Assembly (NCBI GenBank): GCA_964566325.1
Contig: CAZMIS010000003.1
Span: 1 to 33,549 of the forward strand
DNA: 33,549 nucleotides
Origin: an uncultured Anaerolineales bacterium
GTDB lineage: Bacteria > Chloroflexota > Anaerolineae > CG2-30-64-16
Direction of reading: 5' to 3'
The notes under the pieces were generated by a model. The model searched no databases, was not told the DNA's origin, and saw only the letters and a list, made by a program, of their open reading frames with translations. Numbering within the stretch: the first letter of the stretch is position 1; each line of letters starts with the position of its first letter. The translations under genes and the position numbers were made by a program. Shown here piece by piece: positions 15,631 to 23,811 of this stretch.

Positions 15631-16460
15631 GACGTTAGAATGGGCAGCACGACGGTGAAAGTGCTGCCCACACCGAGCTCGCTCTGCACGCGCACCTGGC
15701 CGCCGTGCGCCTCGGCCACCTGCTTCACGATGGGCAGCCCGAGGCCGGTGCTGCTCTCGTTGCGCGACCGCGCCCGGTCGACGCGATAGAAACGCTCGAA
15801 CAGCCGGGGGACGTGTTCGGCCGGGATACCGATGCCGGTGTCGGCGATCGAGAGCTCCACCTCGGCGCCCAGAGCGCGCGAGACGAGCGTGATGCGGCCG
15901 CCGGCATCGGTATAGCGGAGCGCGTTCTCAACCAGGTTCCACACCATCTGGGTCAGACGATAGCGGTCGCCGAGGACCACGACCGGGTCGTTGCGCTCGA
16001 AGATGTGCTCATGATCCGTCGCGTCCAGGCTCACCGCGCGCAGCCACGCGTCCGCGACGATGTCGTGGAACTGCACAGGCTCCGACTGCAGCCGGTCGTG
16101 TGCGTCTTCTTCCGCGAGGAAGAGCAGGTCGCTGATGAGCCGCGCCATGTGCTCCACTTCCTCGGAAGCCTCACGCGCACACGCCTTCCGTTCTTCCGGC
16201 GGCAGATCCATCTGCAGCAGGTCGAGGTTGCCGCGGATGACCATCAACGGCCCGCGCAGCTCGTGCGACGCGTCGGCGAGGAACTGGCGCTGGCGCCGGA
16301 TGTTGCGCTCCAGGCGCTCGAGCAGCGCGTTCAGCGTGCCGGCCAGCGCGGCCAGCTCGTCGTCGTCCGAGGGCTCATACACCCGCAAGGGCTGTTGACC
16401 GCCGCCTTCACGCTGCATCGTCATCCGCTCCGTCACCTCCTGCGCGCTCGACCGCGTCAT
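15627..16460 (-). CDS. Histidine kinase lacking TM/sensor region (partial HAMP + HisKA + HATPase_c)
   Basis: H-box [13 protein letters not shown]-box [10 protein letters not shown], and G-boxes DTGIGI and STGLGLPIV. The protein is only 277 aa, and its ATG overlaps the regulator stop (ATGA). Confidence 0.85.
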   Translation of the reverse strand: MTRSSAQEVTERMTMQREGGGQQPLRVYEPSDDDELAALAGTLNALLERLERNIRRQRQFLADASHELRGPLMVIRGNLDLLQMDLPPEERKACAREASEEVEHMARLISDLLFLAEEDAHDRLQSEPVQFHDIVADAWLRAVSLDATDHEHIFERNDPVVVLGDRYRLTQMVWNLVENALRYTDAGGRITLVSRALGAEVELSIADTGIGIPAEHVPRLFERFYRVDRARSRNESSTGLGLPIVKQVAEAHGGQVRVQSELGVGSTFTVVLPILTS

Positions 16461-17137
16461 TCCTCGCGCAGGCTGTAGCCCACGCCGCGCACCGACTGCA
16501 CGAGCCGCGGCTCGCCGCCAGCCTCGAGCTTCTCACGCAGGCGCATGACGCGTACGTCGATGACGTTCGAGCCGCCCAGGTAGTCGGACCCCCACACTGC
16601 GCTGAAGATCTGATCGCGCGTCAGCACCTGGCGCGGGTGGCGCAGCAAGTACTCCAGCAGGTCGAATTCCTTGGTGGTCAGCTCGACCGGCCGGGCGCCG
16701 CGCGTCACCTCGCGCGTGCGCGGATCAAGGACGAGGTCCGCGAAGCTGAGCGTGTCGCCCTCCAACGGGCGGGCGCGGCGCAGCAGGGCCCGGATGCGCG
16801 CCAGCAGCTCATCGAACGAAAAGGGCTTGATGAGATAGTCGTCCGCGCCGGCATCCAGGCCCGCCACACGGTCCGGCACCCGGTCTTTGGCGGTCAGGAG
16901 CAGGATGGGAAGATTGGGCTCGCCCGCGCGCAGCCGCCGGCAGACCTCCAACCCATCCAGACCGGGCAACATCACGTCCAGCACGACCAGGTCGGGAGGC
17001 CGCTCGCGCGCGATGGCGAGTGCCTGCTCGCCGTCCGGCGCCAGGTCGACGCCGTAGCCGGCAAACGCCAGGCCGCGCCGCATCAGGTTGAGGATCTTCG
17101 GATCGTCGTCCACCGCGAGAATTCGTGCCGGAACCAT
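16457..17137 (-). CDS. OmpR/PhoB-family response regulator
   Basis: Receiver motifs [18 protein letters not shown] and LIKPF, with [12 protein letters not shown] at the C-terminus. A GAGGTGG SD lies 2 nt before ATG 17137. The longer ORF to 17428 is Arg-rich and contains the promoter element. Confidence 0.9.
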   Translation of the reverse strand: MVPARILAVDDDPKILNLMRRGLAFAGYGVDLAPDGEQALAIARERPPDLVVLDVMLPGLDGLEVCRRLRAGEPNLPILLLTAKDRVPDRVAGLDAGADDYLIKPFSFDELLARIRALLRRARPLEGDTLSFADLVLDPRTREVTRGARPVELTTKEFDLLEYLLRHPRQVLTRDQIFSAVWGSDYLGGSNVIDVRVMRLREKLEAGGEPRLVQSVRGVGYSLREE

Positions 17138-17222
17138 CGCCACCTCGACTCGTACGCCGGCCGCAGCTGCGCCGGTCGTTCGTAGGGGCCGGCCTGTGTG
17201 CCGGCCCGCTCCCAGTCGCCTC

Positions 17223-17231
17223 ATTATAGCA
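17223..17231 (-). promoter_or_regulatory. Extended -10 element TGCTATAAT (minus strand) upstream of the second response regulator
   Basis: The reverse complement of 17223-17231 is TGCTATAAT, about 86 nt upstream of ATG 17137. Confidence 0.45.
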
Positions 17232-17256
17232 CGGCCGGACCGGCACGAATTCGCCT

Positions 17257-17538
17257 CTAGCCGAGGATGTCGGCCTGGGCGGTCGAGCGGCTGAATGCCG
17301 CGTAACAGTCGGGGCACAGCTTCCGCGTCATGCCCTCCCTCGGATCGGTGAAGATCTGGGGCCGGCCACAGACGCTCATCCCCTCGATAAAGAAGTGGTG
17401 CGCCGAACCGCCCGCGCCGCGCGTCCACTGGCCCGCCTTCAGTTCTTCAGCTGACAGCTTCCGGAAAGTCCGTTCCCGCTTGTTCCCCGTCTTCGCATCA
17501 CGACGCTTGATGGCAACTTCCGCCACGATAGCCTCCAT
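17257..17538 (-). CDS. Small hypothetical protein (93 aa) with basic N-terminus and four Cys/His-type residues
   Basis: GC3-rich codon pattern. VCGRP...CPDC suggests a small zinc-ribbon-like knuckle pair. There is no SD, but a TATCAT -10-like hexamer (17552-17547, minus strand) lies 8 nt upstream of the ATG. Confidence 0.4.
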   Translation of the reverse strand: MEAIVAEVAIKRRDAKTGNKRERTFRKLSAEELKAGQWTRGAGGSAHHFFIEGMSVCGRPQIFTDPREGMTRKLCPDCYAAFSRSTAQADILG

Positions 17539-17647
17539 ATGTCACGATGATATGAAACACGAAGAGGCATTGTGCCCCGTGTGGATGACCCTGTCATGAT
17601 CGATCCGTGACAAGTTGGTGAGGAAGCGTGGACGATGTTGTACGCTG

Positions 17648-17656
17648 TGCTATAAT
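17648..17656 (+). promoter_or_regulatory. Extended -10 element TGCTATAAT upstream of the ABC-ATPase remnant
   Basis: TGCTATAAT ends 13 nt upstream of ATG 17670. Confidence 0.4.
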
Positions 17657-17669
17657 CGGGCCAACGGCC

Positions 17670-17931
17670 ATGGACGAACGGAACGATGCCCCGGTCGTCT
17701 CGGCGACCAACCTCACGCGGCGATTCAAAGCGCTCACGGCGGTCGATGGACTGCGGTTGGCGGTGCAGCGCGGGGAGATTTCCGGCCTGATCGGGCCGGA
17801 CGGCGCGCCTGGTGGCCGCGCTGACGCGCCCTACCGCGGGCAGCGCGAGCGTCTTCGGCTTCGACACGGTGCGCCAGGCCGACCTGTCTGTGGGGAAGCA
17901 TGAAATCCGACGAACAAGGTGCGAACGATGA
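17670..17931 (+). pseudogene. Remnant of an ABC transporter ATP-binding gene (N-terminal ~85 codons, Walker A disrupted, frameshifted, truncated)
   Basis: Frame a (17670-17807) reads MDERNDAPVVSATNLTRRFKALTAVDGLRLAVQRGEISGLIGPDGA. The GKT/S of the P-loop is missing and the homology continues in the +1 frame (from 17806): RLVAALTRPTAGSASVFGFDTVRQADL..., stopping at 17929-17931. There is no Q-loop, signature or Walker B. Confidence 0.6.
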
Positions 17932-19301
17932 ATGAAACAACACTGATTCGCAATGGCACGCTGATTCTTCCGCACGGCGAACGGCAGGCCGACCTGCTGC
18001 TGGCCGCGGGGAGCATCGCGGCGATCGGCCCTGCGCTGCCCACCGAGGGCGCAGGCCAGGTCATCGATGCGACGGGCTGCGTCGTGCTGCCCGGGCTGAT
18101 CGATCCGCACACGCACATCGTGCTCGACACGGGCATCTACAAGTCGCCCGACAATTGGGAGGTGGGGACGAGGACGGCCGCGTGCGGCGGCGTGACCACG
18201 GTCATCGACTTCGCGACGCAGTTCCCGGGCCAGGACATGCACCAGGCGCTCCTCGGCCGGGAGGCTGAGATCGGCGGCATGGCGCAGATCGACTACGGCC
18301 TCCACATGATGCTCACGCAGTTGCCCGAGGACGACGCCACACTGGACGGCTGGATGGTCGATCTGCTGGGGCTGGGCATCAACGCGGTCAAGGTCTACAC
18401 CACGTACCGGCCGAACTACTACCAGACGGATGCAGAGCTGCTCCGCGTGCTGCGCTCCGCGGCCGCGTACGACATGGTCGTGATGGTGCATTGCGAAAAT
18501 GACGACCTGGTGACCGCAGCCCGCCAGGCCCTGGAAAAGGCGGGCACGACGAGCCTGGCCTATCACGGCCAGGCCCGGCCGGCCCTGGCCGAGGTGGAGG
18601 CCGCGAATCGCGTGCTCTTCCTGGGCCGTGCCGCGGGCGATCCGCTCATCTACGTCGTACACTGCTCCGCCAGCGGCACGGTGGCGGAGGTGACCCAGGC
18701 CGCGCAGCGCGGGCAGCGCGCCATCGCAGAGACCACGGTCCAGTACCTGACGATCGACGAGTCGATCTACGCAGGGCCGCACCCGGAGTGGGGCATCATG
18801 CAGCCGCCGCTTCGCGCGCCGGAGGAGAAGGCGCGCCTGTGGGACCAGGTCGTGCGGGGCGAGATCTCGACGATCGGCACCGACCACTGCGATTACACGA
18901 TCGTCCAGAAGCGCGAGCACACGGATTTCCGCAAGACGCCGGGCGGCATCCCCGGCCTGGAGACGATGCTCCCGCTGCTGGCGACGCACGGCGTGGCAGC
19001 AGGCCGCATCAGCTGGTCGCGCCTGGCCGGGATAACCAGCGGCAACGCGGCCCGCATCTTCGGGCTGGCTCGCAAGGGCGCGCTGGCCGAGGGTATGGAT
19101 GCGGACGTGGTCGTCTATGATCCGCGCGTCGAGACCGCCATCCGCGCGGACCGGCTGCACAACCTGGCCGGCTACACGCCCTACGAGGGCATGCGCGTCC
19201 AGGGCGCAGTCCGCGACGTCTTCGTGCGCGGCCGCGGCCTCGTGCGCGACGGTGCGTTCCATGCGGCGCCGGGCTGGGGCCGCTACGTGCGGAGTGATTA
19301 G
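17928..19301 (+). CDS. Cyclic amidohydrolase (D-hydantoinase/dihydropyrimidinase-like)
   Basis: Motifs are GLIDPHTHI, GGVTTVIDF, AVKVYTTY, VMVHCEND, YVVHCSA and GTDHC. ATG 17928 is preceded by AAGGTG at a 6-nt spacing; the ORF opens at GTG 17919. Confidence 0.85.
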   Translation: MNETTLIRNGTLILPHGERQADLLLAAGSIAAIGPALPTEGAGQVIDATGCVVLPGLIDPHTHIVLDTGIYKSPDNWEVGTRTAACGGVTTVIDFATQFPGQDMHQALLGREAEIGGMAQIDYGLHMMLTQLPEDDATLDGWMVDLLGLGINAVKVYTTYRPNYYQTDAELLRVLRSAAAYDMVVMVHCENDDLVTAARQALEKAGTTSLAYHGQARPALAEVEAANRVLFLGRAAGDPLIYVVHCSASGTVAEVTQAAQRGQRAIAETTVQYLTIDESIYAGPHPEWGIMQPPLRAPEEKARLWDQVVRGEISTIGTDHCDYTIVQKREHTDFRKTPGGIPGLETMLPLLATHGVAAGRISWSRLAGITSGNAARIFGLARKGALAEGMDADVVVYDPRVETAIRADRLHNLAGYTPYEGMRVQGAVRDVFVRGRGLVRDGAFHAAPGWGRYVRSD

Positions 19302-19379
19302 GCGCCAGGCTGACGCCGGGCGTCGCGCCCGGCCCGATGACGGCAACCTGTAAACAGTCGGGAGGATACCGAAACGGCG

Positions 19380-20495
19380 ATGATGGCTGACACGAAGGTG
19401 ATGTCGGAGGCAGGCGCGCAGCCAGGGCTGAGCCCCCTGCAGCAGATGTGCCGCACGGCAACGGATTACTGGAACGATTCGTGCTCCGTCCAGGAGCTGA
19501 CTTACGGCATCGAGCACGGTGCAGTGGGCGCGACGACCAACCCGCAGATCGTGGTCGCGGTGCTGAAGAAGGAAGGGCATCTCTGGCACGATCGCATCCG
19601 GGAGATCATTGCGGAAAACCCGACGTGGTCCGAGAGCGAGATCACCTGGAAGCTGGTGGAGGAGATGGCGGTCAGGGGCGCCGCGCTGCTCGAGCCGGTC
19701 TATCATCGCTACGGGGGCAGGAAGGGCCGCCTCTCGATCCAGACCAACCCGCAGAACTACCGCAACGCCGAGGCGATTGCCCGGCAGGCCATCCACTTCA
19801 GCACCCTCGCGCCCAACATGCAGGTGAAGGCGCCGGTGACGCGTGCGGGCGTGCAGGCCATCGAAGAAGCGACCTACGCGGGCGTCAGCGTCAATGCCAC
19901 CGTGTGCTTCACCGTGCCCCAGACGATCGCGGTGGGCGAGGCCATCGACCGCGGGCTGGCGCGCCGGGAGGCCGCAGGGCTGGACTGCTCCCACATGTCC
20001 CCGGTCTGCACGCTGATGGTCGGCCGGCTGGATGACTGGCTGAAGGTGGTCGTAAAGCGGGACGGCATCGCCATCGACCCAACCTGCCTGGACTGGGCCG
20101 GCATCGCGGCCTTCAAGAAGACGTATCGTATCTTCTGCGAGCGCGGCTACCGCGCCCGCCCGCTGGTGGCCGCGTACCGGCACCTGGGCCACTGGGCCGA
20201 GGTGATCGGCGGAGAGCTCGTCCAGACGATGCCGTACGAATGGGCGCTGAAGGCGAACGCCTGCGACATCCCGGTGATCAGCCGGATCGACAACCCCGTG
20301 GACCCGGCCATCGTCGGCGAGCTGTACGACAAGCTGCCGGAGTTCCGCCGCGCGTACGACGAGGACGGACTGACGGTCGACGAGTTCGACGGCTACGGCG
20401 CGACCGTGCGCACGCTGCGCGGCTTCATCGCCGCAGTGCACGAGCTGACCGGCATCGTCCGCGACTACATGCTGCCCGACCCGGACGTAAGATAG
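19380..20495 (+). CDS. Transaldolase-family protein
   Basis: Motifs are GATTNPQI, RLSIQTNP, MQVKAPVT (Schiff-base Lys context) and VNATVCFT. The protein is 371 aa. Confidence 0.85.
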   Translation: MMADTKVMSEAGAQPGLSPLQQMCRTATDYWNDSCSVQELTYGIEHGAVGATTNPQIVVAVLKKEGHLWHDRIREIIAENPTWSESEITWKLVEEMAVRGAALLEPVYHRYGGRKGRLSIQTNPQNYRNAEAIARQAIHFSTLAPNMQVKAPVTRAGVQAIEEATYAGVSVNATVCFTVPQTIAVGEAIDRGLARREAAGLDCSHMSPVCTLMVGRLDDWLKVVVKRDGIAIDPTCLDWAGIAAFKKTYRIFCERGYRARPLVAAYRHLGHWAEVIGGELVQTMPYEWALKANACDIPVISRIDNPVDPAIVGELYDKLPEFRRAYDEDGLTVDEFDGYGATVRTLRGFIAAVHELTGIVRDYMLPDPDVR

Positions 20496-20506
20496 CCCTG
20501 CGAGCA

Positions 20507-20535
20507 CAATCAGGTATTGACAAGCCCTGTCCCAT
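20507..20535 (+). promoter_or_regulatory. Consensus sigma-70-type promoter: TTGACA - 17 nt - TATAAT
   Basis: TTGACA at 20507-20512 and TATAAT at 20530-20535, with a spacer of exactly 17 nt. It lies about 100 nt upstream of the LacI-family gene. Confidence 0.7.
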
Positions 20536-20537
20536 GT

Positions 20538-20551
20538 AATATAATCTTGCA
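20538..20551. promoter_or_regulatory. Perfect 14-bp palindrome TGCACACGTGTGCA, candidate LacI-family operator
   Basis: It starts 3 nt after the -10 hexamer, has the central CG typical of LacI/GalR-family operators, and lies immediately upstream of a LacI-family gene. Confidence 0.55.
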
Positions 20552-20632
20552 CACGTGTGCAGCAATTCTTGGCGAACACGGAACTGCTGCGCGATCCTGG
20601 CGATATGCATTCACGCGTGCAGGTGACAGGCC

Positions 20633-21652
20633 TTGTCGAACGTCTCTATCAAGGATATTGCCCGGACTGCGGGCATCTCCCACTCGACTGTCTCCCGAGC
20701 GTTGAACGACAGCCCGCTGGTCAACGCTGAGACGAAGGCACGCATCCGCCGCCTGGCGGACACGTTGGGCTACTCCCCCGACGCGGGCGCGCGCAGCCTG
20801 GTCATGGGCCGCACCCACGCCATCGGTGTCGTCGTGACCACCATCGCGGACCCATTCTCCGCAGAAGTGGTCGAGGGAATCGAGCGCACGGCATACGCGC
20901 ACGGTTACTCCCTGATCCTGGCCGCGTCGAACGACAACCCGGAACGGGAGATCGCCGCGGTCGAGATGCTGCGCTCCAAGCGCGTCGATTCGATCATCGT
21001 CACCTCGTCACGCGTCGGTGCGCTGCACCAGGAACGGCTGCACACCACCGGCGTGCCGGTCATTCTGCTCAACAGCCACAGTCAGCGAGGCCTGCCGAAT
21101 GCCTACTCGGTGCGCGTGGACGATTTCCACGGCGGCCGATTGGCCACCGGGCACCTGATCGGGCTGGGACACCGGCGCATCGCACATGTCGCCGGCCTCG
21201 AGGGGCACAGCGTGAGCGCCGATCGCCTGGCGGGCTACCATCATGCGCTCGTCGCTGCCTGCCTCGACTGCGATCCGGCCTGCGTCGTGCCCGGAAACGG
21301 CCAGCTCAACGGCGGAGAGAGGGCGTTCGAAGCGCTGCTGGCGCTGCCCGACCGACCGACGGCCGTATTTTGCTACAACGACATGACCGCCATTGGGCTC
21401 CTCTCCGCGGCACGACGGGCCGGCATCGCCGTGCCCCGCGATCTGGCCGTGGTCGGGTTCGACAATATTCCACTCGCAGCCCACGTCTGCCCCGCGCTCA
21501 CGACGGTGGCCCAGCCCATGTTCGAGCTGGGCAAGCGCGCGATGGATATGGCGCTTGCGCTCATGGGGTGTCAGGGCGCCGCGCCCTGCGAGGTGACGGA
21601 CGTGGTCCTGCCGGGACAACTGATCATCCGGGATTCTTCTCTTGCCAGCTAA
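20633..21652 (+). CDS. LacI-family transcriptional regulator
   Basis: HTH IKDIARTAGISHSTVSRALN followed by a sugar-binding-type effector domain. The TTG start lies 6 nt after AGGTGA. Confidence 0.9.
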   Translation: MSNVSIKDIARTAGISHSTVSRALNDSPLVNAETKARIRRLADTLGYSPDAGARSLVMGRTHAIGVVVTTIADPFSAEVVEGIERTAYAHGYSLILAASNDNPEREIAAVEMLRSKRVDSIIVTSSRVGALHQERLHTTGVPVILLNSHSQRGLPNAYSVRVDDFHGGRLATGHLIGLGHRRIAHVAGLEGHSVSADRLAGYHHALVAACLDCDPACVVPGNGQLNGGERAFEALLALPDRPTAVFCYNDMTAIGLLSAARRAGIAVPRDLAVVGFDNIPLAAHVCPALTTVAQPMFELGKRAMDMALALMGCQGAAPCEVTDVVLPGQLIIRDSSLAS

Positions 21653-21684
21653 ATCAACGGTCTAATACAGATGGGAGGGCATCC

Positions 21685-22728
21685 ATGGACAAAATGAAGG
21701 CACTCGTGTTTCGCAACGCCGGGAAGCTCGAGCTCACCGAGATCCCCACTCCTAAGGTCACGCAGCCTGATGACGTGCTGCTGCGAGTGAAGGCGGTCGG
21801 GATCTGTGGCACCGATGTCAAGATCCTCGAGGGCAAGCACCACTTCAAGCCGGACACGGTGCTGGGCCACGAATTCTGTGGCGAGGTCATCGAGGTCGGC
21901 ACCCACGTGAAGTACATCAAGGTGGGCGACCGGGTTGCGATCGACAATAATATCCGCTGCGGCTTCTGTTCCTTCTGCCGCATGGGGATGTCCAGCCAGT
22001 GTGTCGAGATCAAGTTCAACGCGCTCGGCGTCATGCGCGACGGCGGATATGCCGAGTACTGCGTCGTGCCGGAGAAGCAGTGCTTCGTCCTGCCGGACGA
22101 GATCGACGACGTGCTGGGCACGCAGGTCGAGACCCTGGCGACGGTCGTCAACGGCATGAACACGCTCCAGATGCTGCCCTACGACTACGTGATGATCATC
22201 GGCTTTGGGCCCATCGGCTACCTCTTTGCCCAGTTCGCCAAGAACATCGCGGCCAAGGTCGCGGTGACCGAGATCGATCCCTTCCGCATCAACGTGGCAA
22301 AGGAATGCGGGCTGACGGTGTGGAACCCGCACGAGGTCGACGTTGTGCAGAAGATCACCGACTTCACCTATGGCCGGAAGGCCGACATCGTGATCGAGGC
22401 GACCGGCAACGCGCTGGCCCAGGCGCTCCAATGCGTGACGCCCGGCGGCAAGGTGCTGCCCTTCGGCATGGATTCGAGCGTGAACATCGACGTCAAGCCG
22501 AACGACATCACGCGGTGGGCCACCAAGGTTCTGGGGCTCTACCTCGGGCAGAACACGATGGTGCCCTCCATCCGCATCTTCCAGGAGAACCGCTTGAACA
22601 TGGGGCCGTTCTTCACCCAGGTGATCCCCCTGGAAGACGGCGTCGAGGCGTTCTGCGACCTGGGCCTGGATCCTGCGACCCTGGCGCATGGCCCCAAGAA
22701 GGCCATGAAGATCGTCATGAAGCCGTGA
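21685..22728 (+). CDS. Zn-dependent alcohol/polyol dehydrogenase (MDR family, sorbitol/idonate dehydrogenase-like)
   Basis: Motifs are GICGTDVKILEG, GHEFCGEV, the structural-Zn cluster CGFCSFCRMGMSSQC, and Rossmann IGFGPIGYL. A GGGAGGG SD precedes ATG 21685. Confidence 0.85.
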   Translation: MDKMKALVFRNAGKLELTEIPTPKVTQPDDVLLRVKAVGICGTDVKILEGKHHFKPDTVLGHEFCGEVIEVGTHVKYIKVGDRVAIDNNIRCGFCSFCRMGMSSQCVEIKFNALGVMRDGGYAEYCVVPEKQCFVLPDEIDDVLGTQVETLATVVNGMNTLQMLPYDYVMIIGFGPIGYLFAQFAKNIAAKVAVTEIDPFRINVAKECGLTVWNPHEVDVVQKITDFTYGRKADIVIEATGNALAQALQCVTPGGKVLPFGMDSSVNIDVKPNDITRWATKVLGLYLGQNTMVPSIRIFQENRLNMGPFFTQVIPLEDGVEAFCDLGLDPATLAHGPKKAMKIVMKP

Positions 22729-22733
22729 ACACG

Positions 22734-23744
22734 ATGAACAAGACGAACATCGCCGTCATCGGCACCGGCCGGATGGGCAGCGTGCACGTCCGGAACCTGG
22801 TGCGCAAGATCCCCGAGGCCAACCTGGTCGCGGTGTGTGATATCCGGCTGGAGGTGGCGCAGGCACTCGCGGACGAGTTGGGCATCGAGCGCGTGGTGCG
22901 CGACTATCATGAACTGCTGGCCGATCCGTCGATCGCCGCGGTGCTGATCGCCACCAGCACGGATACCCATGCGATGATCGTCGCCCACGCGGCCCGGGCA
23001 GGCAAGCACATCTTCTGCGAGAAGCCGTTGGCACTCGACCTGGCGAGCATCGACGCGGCGCTTGCGGCCGTCGACGCAGCCGGCGTCAAGCTCCAGGTGG
23101 GCTTCAACCGTCGCTTCGATGCGGCCCTGCGCCGGGTGCAGGAGACGGTGGCGTCGGGCGAGATCGGCCGGCCGTGCATCCTGCGGATCGCCAGCCGCGA
23201 CCCCGAGCCGCCCTCGACCCAGTATGCCAGGGAGTCCGGCGGCATGTACCTCGACATGACCATCCACGACTTCGACATGGCCCGCTTCCAGGTGGGTGAG
23301 GTGGAAGAGGTGTACGCCATGGGCGGCGTGCTGGTGGCGCCGTGGCTCGGCGAGGCGGGCGACATCGACACCGACATTGTCACCCTGCGTTTCGCCAACG
23401 GTGCACTGGGCGTGATCGACAACAGCCGCCAGGCCGTCTACGGATACGATCAGCGGCTCGAAGTATTCTGCTCGAACGGCATCGCCATGGTGGAGAACGA
23501 GACGGAGCAGTCGGCAGTGACGGGCCTGAAGGACGGCTTCCACTCGGCCAGACTGCCCTATTTCTTCATGCAGCGCTATGCCCAGTGTTACGTGGACGAA
23601 GTATGTGAGTTCATCGCCTGCGTGCGCGACGACAAGCCGACGCCGACGACCGGTTTCGACGGCCGCCAGGCGGTCGTGCTGGGGCATGCTGCGTGGAAGT
23701 CGTACCACGAGAACCGGCCCGTCCGCGTGAGCGAGATCGGATAA
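22734..23744 (+). CDS. Gfo/Idh/MocA-family oxidoreductase (inositol 2-dehydrogenase-like)
   Basis: Rossmann IAVIGTGRMG and FCEKPLALDL (EKP motif). The protein is 336 aa. Confidence 0.85.
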   Translation: MNKTNIAVIGTGRMGSVHVRNLVRKIPEANLVAVCDIRLEVAQALADELGIERVVRDYHELLADPSIAAVLIATSTDTHAMIVAHAARAGKHIFCEKPLALDLASIDAALAAVDAAGVKLQVGFNRRFDAALRRVQETVASGEIGRPCILRIASRDPEPPSTQYARESGGMYLDMTIHDFDMARFQVGEVEEVYAMGGVLVAPWLGEAGDIDTDIVTLRFANGALGVIDNSRQAVYGYDQRLEVFCSNGIAMVENETEQSAVTGLKDGFHSARLPYFFMQRYAQCYVDEVCEFIACVRDDKPTPTTGFDGRQAVVLGHAAWKSYHENRPVRVSEIG

Positions 23745-23811
23745 GGAACACACAGCACTTGCATCGAAGCTCCGATCCGGTGGCAGGTCTTCACACGGAA
23801 GGAGATACAGC

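Noticed and set aside
17439-20579. 1046-aa ORF on the minus strand, the longest in the track
   Set aside because: It is antisense to three plus-strand genes with clear family motifs (amidohydrolase, transaldolase, ABC remnant). The translation is dominated by R/A/G/H/D/V with no recognisable domain. This is a typical shadow ORF in high-GC DNA.
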